DNA from: a virus
DNA: 64,000 nucleotides
Reading direction: 5' to 3' (one strand)
IMG/VR virus record: IMGVR_UViG_3300028873_000014
Location: 36,172-100,171 of that record
Part shown: one piece after another, positions 59,368-64,000 of the stretch
Layout of the letters: each line of letters opens with the position of its first letter
Numbering within the stretch: position 1 is the stretch's first letter
Translations under genes and position numbers: made by a program
Notes under the pieces: model-generated
Told to the model about the DNA's origin: nothing
What the model saw: the letters and a program-made list of their open reading frames with translations, nothing else
Database searches by the model: none

Positions 59368-59601
59368 ATGAAAACAAAACTATTAAAACAAATACGTAAT
59401 CGTTGGGAGTATAAGTTCCGTGGTGGATCAATAGTCGCCAGGAGAAAGGAAGATGGGTGTGTTGTGGAGCATGGTAATATGGAGCAATTTCTTCGATTTC
59501 ATACAATGGATACCTTTTTTTGGGAGGGTTACAAAAAATGGATTAACCGCAAGATCCGAATAGCAGAAGAGAAAAAATGGAGAATAGAATGGTCGAAATG
59601 A
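59368..59601 (+). CDS. Hypothetical protein
   Basis: ORF with A-rich leader. Confidence 0.55.
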   Translation: MKTKLLKQIRNRWEYKFRGGSIVARRKEDGCVVEHGNMEQFLRFHTMDTFFWEGYKKWINRKIRIAEEKKWRIEWSK

Positions 59602-59628
59602 TTTTAATGTATAAAATAAATAACTATT

Positions 59629-59841
59629 ATGGCAAAGCAATTAAAAATACAAGTGTTTGTCCCTTGCACCATAACTATAGATAAGGACAAATACCCCACA
59701 ACAGCAGAAAGTGACAGAGTATTAAACGATATTCTCAAACAACTTTCTCTAGGAGGCTACCAAGTTGGTAATGGATGGTATAGTTATGACTTCGAGCCAA
59801 CCAGTGTTAAAAGATTAAAAAAACTATCTAATATAAAATAA
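59629..59841 (+). CDS. Hypothetical protein
   Basis: ORF with A-rich leader. Confidence 0.55.
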   Translation: MAKQLKIQVFVPCTITIDKDKYPTTAESDRVLNDILKQLSLGGYQVGNGWYSYDFEPTSVKRLKKLSNIK

Positions 59842-59847
59842 CTAACA

Positions 59848-60099
59848 ATGGAACAAACTAAAATAGAACACTTTCGTACCTGGTTAAGGAAAAGAATGGA
59901 AGTACAGCAGATGTGCGGAACCCCTGAAGGTTCTGCTATCATACTGGGGATTAAAACTAAGTTCGATGAAGTATTCCCCTTGATAGAAGAAATAAAAAGT
60001 CATAAAAGTCAATATCGGGGGCTAGGGTTCGATGACTTTGCGAGAGATTACACAGAAGGATTTGGGTTTGATGACTATGATACATTTGATGAATTTTAA
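59848..60099 (+). CDS. Hypothetical protein with acidic GFDD tail
   Basis: ORF with A-rich leader. Confidence 0.55.
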   Translation: MEQTKIEHFRTWLRKRMEVQQMCGTPEGSAIILGIKTKFDEVFPLIEEIKSHKSQYRGLGFDDFARDYTEGFGFDDYDTFDEF

Positions 60100-60127
60100 C
60101 TTCACAAAAAACTAAAAACAAAACTAT

Positions 60128-60361
60128 ATGAAAAAGCAAGTAATCGATTATGTTCACAGCCTAGGTGGAAATGCTCACTATGCAGGGAATACTATGCATA
60201 TGATAAATAATCCAGCAGGTATACCTGATGAAGTACGAGGTAGTGAAAGAACCATGTATATAGATGATCCAATGATCGAAAACGTAGTCACTCAAAGTAT
60301 AGAGGAGTGTGTACTAAACAAATTCGGATATAACTTACCATTCAAATTACAAACAAACTAA
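60128..60361 (+). CDS. Hypothetical protein
   Basis: ORF with A-rich leader. Confidence 0.55.
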   Translation: MKKQVIDYVHSLGGNAHYAGNTMHMINNPAGIPDEVRGSERTMYIDDPMIENVVTQSIEECVLNKFGYNLPFKLQTN

Positions 60362-60661
60362 CTATATGAAATACTACACAATAATGAACTTCAACTACGA
60401 ATGCTTCGATTGTTACGAACAAGATGAAGTTATTCCCTATATCTTACTCGATCAGGAGTAGGTAATAAGATAATATGTTAACTCCCCGAGATAGATAAGT
60501 TATTCTGTTTCGGGGGATATATCACTTTTATAACAAATTAAAACTAAACATCATGTCTTGGATAGAAAACTATGAAGCAGAGATAGTTCTTGAAAGAAAA
60601 CAAATCGAACAGGAACTTCAGGAACTTATAGAACAAGAGAATATTCCTAACTGGTCTTTCT

Positions 60662-60907
60662 GTGAAGAAGATTAAAACTCCCATTAATATGCAAACATTA
60701 TATGAAATGACTTATGTGCCAGATTACTGGATAGAGTTCGATGGCAATTACAAGAAAACTGTTCAGGATATAAGATTAAAAGATGGAACTGAAATATTAG
60801 AATGTTGGCCTAATGCTGGTAAGTTTATATGTTTATCATGTAATAACCAAGGTGATACACCAATTTCAGAAGTTAGTCATGTTAGAAAACATAAAGAAAT
60901 TGATTAG
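60662..60907 (+). CDS. Hypothetical protein, paralogue of 61877-62194
   Basis: DIRLKDGT...CWPNAGKF motif. Confidence 0.6.
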   Translation: MKKIKTPINMQTLYEMTYVPDYWIEFDGNYKKTVQDIRLKDGTEILECWPNAGKFICLSCNNQGDTPISEVSHVRKHKEID

Positions 60908-61035
60908 TATGGAAAAGATATACATCCTAGTAAACCCGGATAAGGATAGTTCAGAAACACTCATGTTAACAGAGAAGATGTACTTTCTGCTCCCGGGGTT
61001 TAAGAAAGTTTTGTATAAACAATTAAACTAAATTT

Positions 61036-61356
61036 ATGAATAAGTTATCAGGTTCTAATGTAATAGTAATAGATAGAACAAAAGAAGATGATGAAATAAC
61101 CCCCGAGATACTGGAAAGTATTGGGTTCAAACATGTCAACAAAGCAAGTTTTCGAGGTAGTGAGATGTGGTGTTACCAATTAATGGACATAATATTGCTA
61201 CGGTTTATGGCAAATGGTTTGTTTGAAATCAATCCCCAAAACAGGACGGAAAATATAGGTGGAGAGTTAAAAACTAAAGTAGATGTAGAAAACAGAATTC
61301 TAAAACGTCTAAATCAAAAAGCTCATGACACAAGAAAAGATAGAGAAAATAGCTAA
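61036..61356 (+). CDS. Hypothetical protein
   Basis: EITPEILESIGF phage-type motif. Confidence 0.6.
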   Translation: MNKLSGSNVIVIDRTKEDDEITPEILESIGFKHVNKASFRGSEMWCYQLMDIILLRFMANGLFEINPQNRTENIGGELKTKVDVENRILKRLNQKAHDTRKDRENS

Positions 61357-61591
61357 AGAAGAATGGGATAGACTACAAATGTCTGAAGGTTTATTAAGTG
61401 AACTTGCACCTGCAGCATGGATACATTGGAAAAATGCATTTAAAGTTTGTATGAGTACTTATAAGTGGATGGATCAAGATATGGAAATAGCCTATTGTGA
61501 AGGGCACTCAAATTCGATGAAAAAAGAATTAGGAAAAATTGATAAAGTTCCAAAGTCAAATCAGTGGTTAAAGGAATATGAAGCTAAGTAA
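61325..61591 (+). CDS. Hypothetical protein
   Basis: Overlapping operon ORF. Confidence 0.55.
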   Translation: MTQEKIEKIAKEEWDRLQMSEGLLSELAPAAWIHWKNAFKVCMSTYKWMDQDMEIAYCEGHSNSMKKELGKIDKVPKSNQWLKEYEAK

Positions 61592-61913
61592 TAAGCCACA
61601 AAATAACTACCCCGAGAGCAAAGAAACTACCTACAAAACTGTATACATCGACTGGAAGGTCTATGAGCCTGATGAAAATGCTGTACTTTCCTATGGTAAA
61701 AATCGTGGTAAAACACTTGGTTGGGTAATGGATAATGATGATAGTTATTACTTGTGGATGATAAGTAATGGTATTATAGGCTCGTGGGGGTTAGTTAAAC
61801 AACGTTACCCCGATAGCCCAAAGTCATTAGTAGGTTTTATCAGCTCAGGGGGTGAAAAATGGGTTGATATAAGAGAATGCCCAGGTACAGGAATAAGTTC
61901 ACAATATTTATAA
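61578..61913 (+). CDS. Protein with exodeoxyribonuclease X C-terminal-like (DUF3820-type) motif
   Basis: LSYGKNRGKTLGWV...SYYLWM motif. Confidence 0.6.
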   Translation: MKLSNKPQNNYPESKETTYKTVYIDWKVYEPDENAVLSYGKNRGKTLGWVMDNDDSYYLWMISNGIIGSWGLVKQRYPDSPKSLVGFISSGGEKWVDIRECPGTGISSQYL

Positions 61914-62194
61914 ATAATTTTATGACATATTTTGAAGAAGATAATTTTTGTAAATATAGTATCGAATGGCAACCGTATAAAGGTGATTATGATAAATTCG
62001 AGTATGATATTAAGCTAAAAGATGGAACTGTTGTAACAAACTGTTACCCCAATGCTGACAAATTTCATTCGATATCCAAAGAGTTTAATGGTAAAACTTT
62101 TCATGCAGATACTATAGCAGAAATCAGGTTCACACCAGAAGATAAGCAGAAATTTGGTATTAATCCAGATGGAATGTACAAACAAAATTTATAA
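61877..62194 (+). CDS. Hypothetical protein, paralogue of 60662-60907
   Basis: DIKLKDGT...CYPNADKF motif. Confidence 0.6.
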   Translation: MPRYRNKFTIFINNFMTYFEEDNFCKYSIEWQPYKGDYDKFEYDIKLKDGTVVTNCYPNADKFHSISKEFNGKTFHADTIAEIRFTPEDKQKFGINPDGMYKQNL

Positions 62195-62202
62195 ACAATT
62201 TT

Positions 62203-62415
62203 ATGATAAAGGAATTTTATAAAGATCACGATAATCCAAAAGATAGCCAGGTAATTATCTGTCTTACAGGAACACCAGAGTTTATAGCAGAAAAGTTATT
62301 GGAAATGTATAACCAATGTACTATAGGTTATGGTAAACCTATACAGGGACAAATATGGTCTTCTGGCGGTAGTTCTGAAGTAGCTACTCCTAAATGGAAA
62401 GGCATAACGTATTAA
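62203..62415 (+). CDS. Hypothetical protein
   Basis: ORF with A-rich leader. Confidence 0.5.
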   Translation: MIKEFYKDHDNPKDSQVIICLTGTPEFIAEKLLEMYNQCTIGYGKPIQGQIWSSGGSSEVATPKWKGITY

Positions 62416-62541
62416 CATGAAAGGATATAACAGAATACACAGGACTTGGCAAATCATACCAAATACAATACGACATGAGTTATTTGCCAGAAAACCAAAA
62501 AATAGACATTATAATTTCAAACAATCAAAAACTTAAATAAA

Positions 62542-63372
62542 ATGAAAAATAAGCAAGAAAGCAAGATAGTTGGTCAGGAAACGTTAACAAACGAAGTTAC
62601 CAAAATCCTGGAGATATTTAAGAATAGTCAGTGCGAGGTAAGACCTCATTTTATTCTTACAGGTGCCTCGGGTAGTGGTAAATCATTTACTATAAAGAAC
62701 ATGGCAGCTAAGTATGAGTTAGGGTTTATAGAAATTAATGCTGCTCAGTTAACTAAAGAAGGAACTTCTGGAAATAGTTTATCGAAAGCTCTTTCCCCCT
62801 TGATGCAAATGGGTTCAAAGCCAACTATCGTTTTTGTAGATGAGTTTGATAAGTTATTCATATCAGGTAATAGTAATGACTCCTGTGCACATGAATCTAC
62901 TACAGGTGTTCAAAATGAGTTTCTGAAAGTTCTTGAATCAGATACAGCTAGTGTTTTTGGTGATTATGGTAAATATGTAAATGCTCCTGCTAAGAATATA
63001 TTATTCATATTCGCTGGGGCATTTAATGGTGAGAAGGATATAACACTGGACCGTCTACGAGAGATAGGACTAAAAACTGAGTTTTTGGGGCGAGTAGGTC
63101 TTGTATATAATACAAAGCCATTAAGTCTGCAGGACATGTTTGATATAATAGATCATTCAGAACTACTTGACAACTATATAAAACTATTTGAAAATGTAGA
63201 TAGAGAGAAAGTAGTCTATGAACTAAAAGCACATATCCAAACTAATCATGAAATGAATACTCTAGGGGCAAGATTAATAAATACTCTTATTCATCAGTAT
63301 TTCATTAAAGGAGGAAAATTAGGAGAATCACAAGTAAAAGAAATATCATTTCAAAACAAACTAAAATTATAA
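62542..63372 (+). CDS. ClpX/HslU-family AAA+ ATPase, minimal form
   Basis: GASGSGKS, VFVDEFDK, GVQNEFLKVLE, NILFIFAGAF, EFLGRV and LGARLI motifs. Confidence 0.82.
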   Translation: MKNKQESKIVGQETLTNEVTKILEIFKNSQCEVRPHFILTGASGSGKSFTIKNMAAKYELGFIEINAAQLTKEGTSGNSLSKALSPLMQMGSKPTIVFVDEFDKLFISGNSNDSCAHESTTGVQNEFLKVLESDTASVFGDYGKYVNAPAKNILFIFAGAFNGEKDITLDRLREIGLKTEFLGRVGLVYNTKPLSLQDMFDIIDHSELLDNYIKLFENVDREKVVYELKAHIQTNHEMNTLGARLINTLIHQYFIKGGKLGESQVKEISFQNKLKL

Positions 63373-63376
63373 CAAA

Positions 63377-63793
63377 ATGGAAAAGAAAACAATTACGAAG
63401 AGTTCTTTAGTATTAGCCTCTCTGGGGGTAATGGGTATAGCATATACACCTGTACAAAAGAACAATCCTACAAGAGACTTTGTAGAAAGCACTTACCTGG
63501 TCAAAACCCCTAAAGGGTTAATGAAGAGTAACAGGTTATCGGAACAACGCCGGGAGATACTCAAGAATATCGCTGGTATTCGTAAAGAGATCAGGTTAAC
63601 GCACCACGAATCACAGGCTATAGATAAAGTATGTAACGATTGCTTCCAGGGGATAACAGAAAGAAGCAACAAACGCATCAGCCAACTACAGTTACAAAGA
63701 GCACAGGAACTCCGTGTACCTGTTAAGTATGTAAAGGTTGAAGTAGTAGCGCAGAGAAAAGGTATAATGATCATTGATAACTTTGAAATCTAA
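63377..63793 (+). CDS. Hypothetical basic protein
   Basis: 138-aa ORF. Confidence 0.55.
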   Translation: MEKKTITKSSLVLASLGVMGIAYTPVQKNNPTRDFVESTYLVKTPKGLMKSNRLSEQRREILKNIAGIRKEIRLTHHESQAIDKVCNDCFQGITERSNKRISQLQLQRAQELRVPVKYVKVEVVAQRKGIMIIDNFEI

Positions 63794-63820
63794 TTATAAA
63801 CAAACTAAAAAGCAAATTTT

Positions 63821-64000
63821 ATGGCTACTCAAATATTTAAAAGTTACAATGACTTTCTTGATAGAGAAGATAAATCTATCAATGGTGTTTCAGAATATTT
63901 CTCTCAAGAGAATTCTAATTGGGAAGAAATGAATATGACAAATGATTCCTGTTGGGATTGTTCAGGTTGTTCACGTTGTTCAGGTTGTTCACGTTGTTCA
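63821..64000 (+). CDS. Cys-tripeptide repeat protein (partial, runs off right edge)
   Basis: MATQIFKSY...NDSCWDCSGCSRCSGCSRCS, encoded by a 9-bp TGTTCA(G/C)GT tandem repeat. Confidence 0.65.
   Translation, partial: MATQIFKSYNDFLDREDKSINGVSEYFSQENSNWEEMNMTNDSCWDCSGCSRCSGCSRCS

Noticed and set aside
1-64000. Stop-codon reassignment, as seen in some Crassvirales
   Set aside because: Core genes are full length in the standard code, and TAG and TGA both end genes at tight operon junctions.

Overview
A 64-kb segment of a large crAss-like (Crassvirales) phage genome, read in the standard genetic code. The host is probably Bacteroidota, with hints of Chitinophagaceae. Positions 1-53.3 kb are a minus-strand late region. 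In transcription order it holds GroES, a PD-(D/E)XK nuclease, a ~9.4-kb glycan-biosynthesis cluster (seven glycosyltransferase genes, two methyltransferases and a GDP-mannose 3,5-epimerase), terminase, portal, scaffold-like protein, major capsid protein, holin/spanin genes, ring/auxiliary capsid/hub proteins, eight Ser/Thr/Gly-rich fibre-like proteins (two with Sec signal peptides), an IHF-like protein, tail tube and muzzle, and cargo proteins carrying repeated xxxGG motifs. From 53.5 kb the plus strand carries short early-type genes, a tmRNA with an unusually long tag frame, a RepL-like gene and a stripped-down ClpX-like ATPase. Five free-standing endonuclease genes are interspersed. The main candidate novel system is self-encoded virion glycosylation acting on fibre and capsid proteins that share a recurrent TSG(T/S/A/G) motif. 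A second is a phage proteostasis set (long-tag tmRNA, loop-less ClpX, GroES). All family assignments come from motif recognition by eye; no database searches were run.
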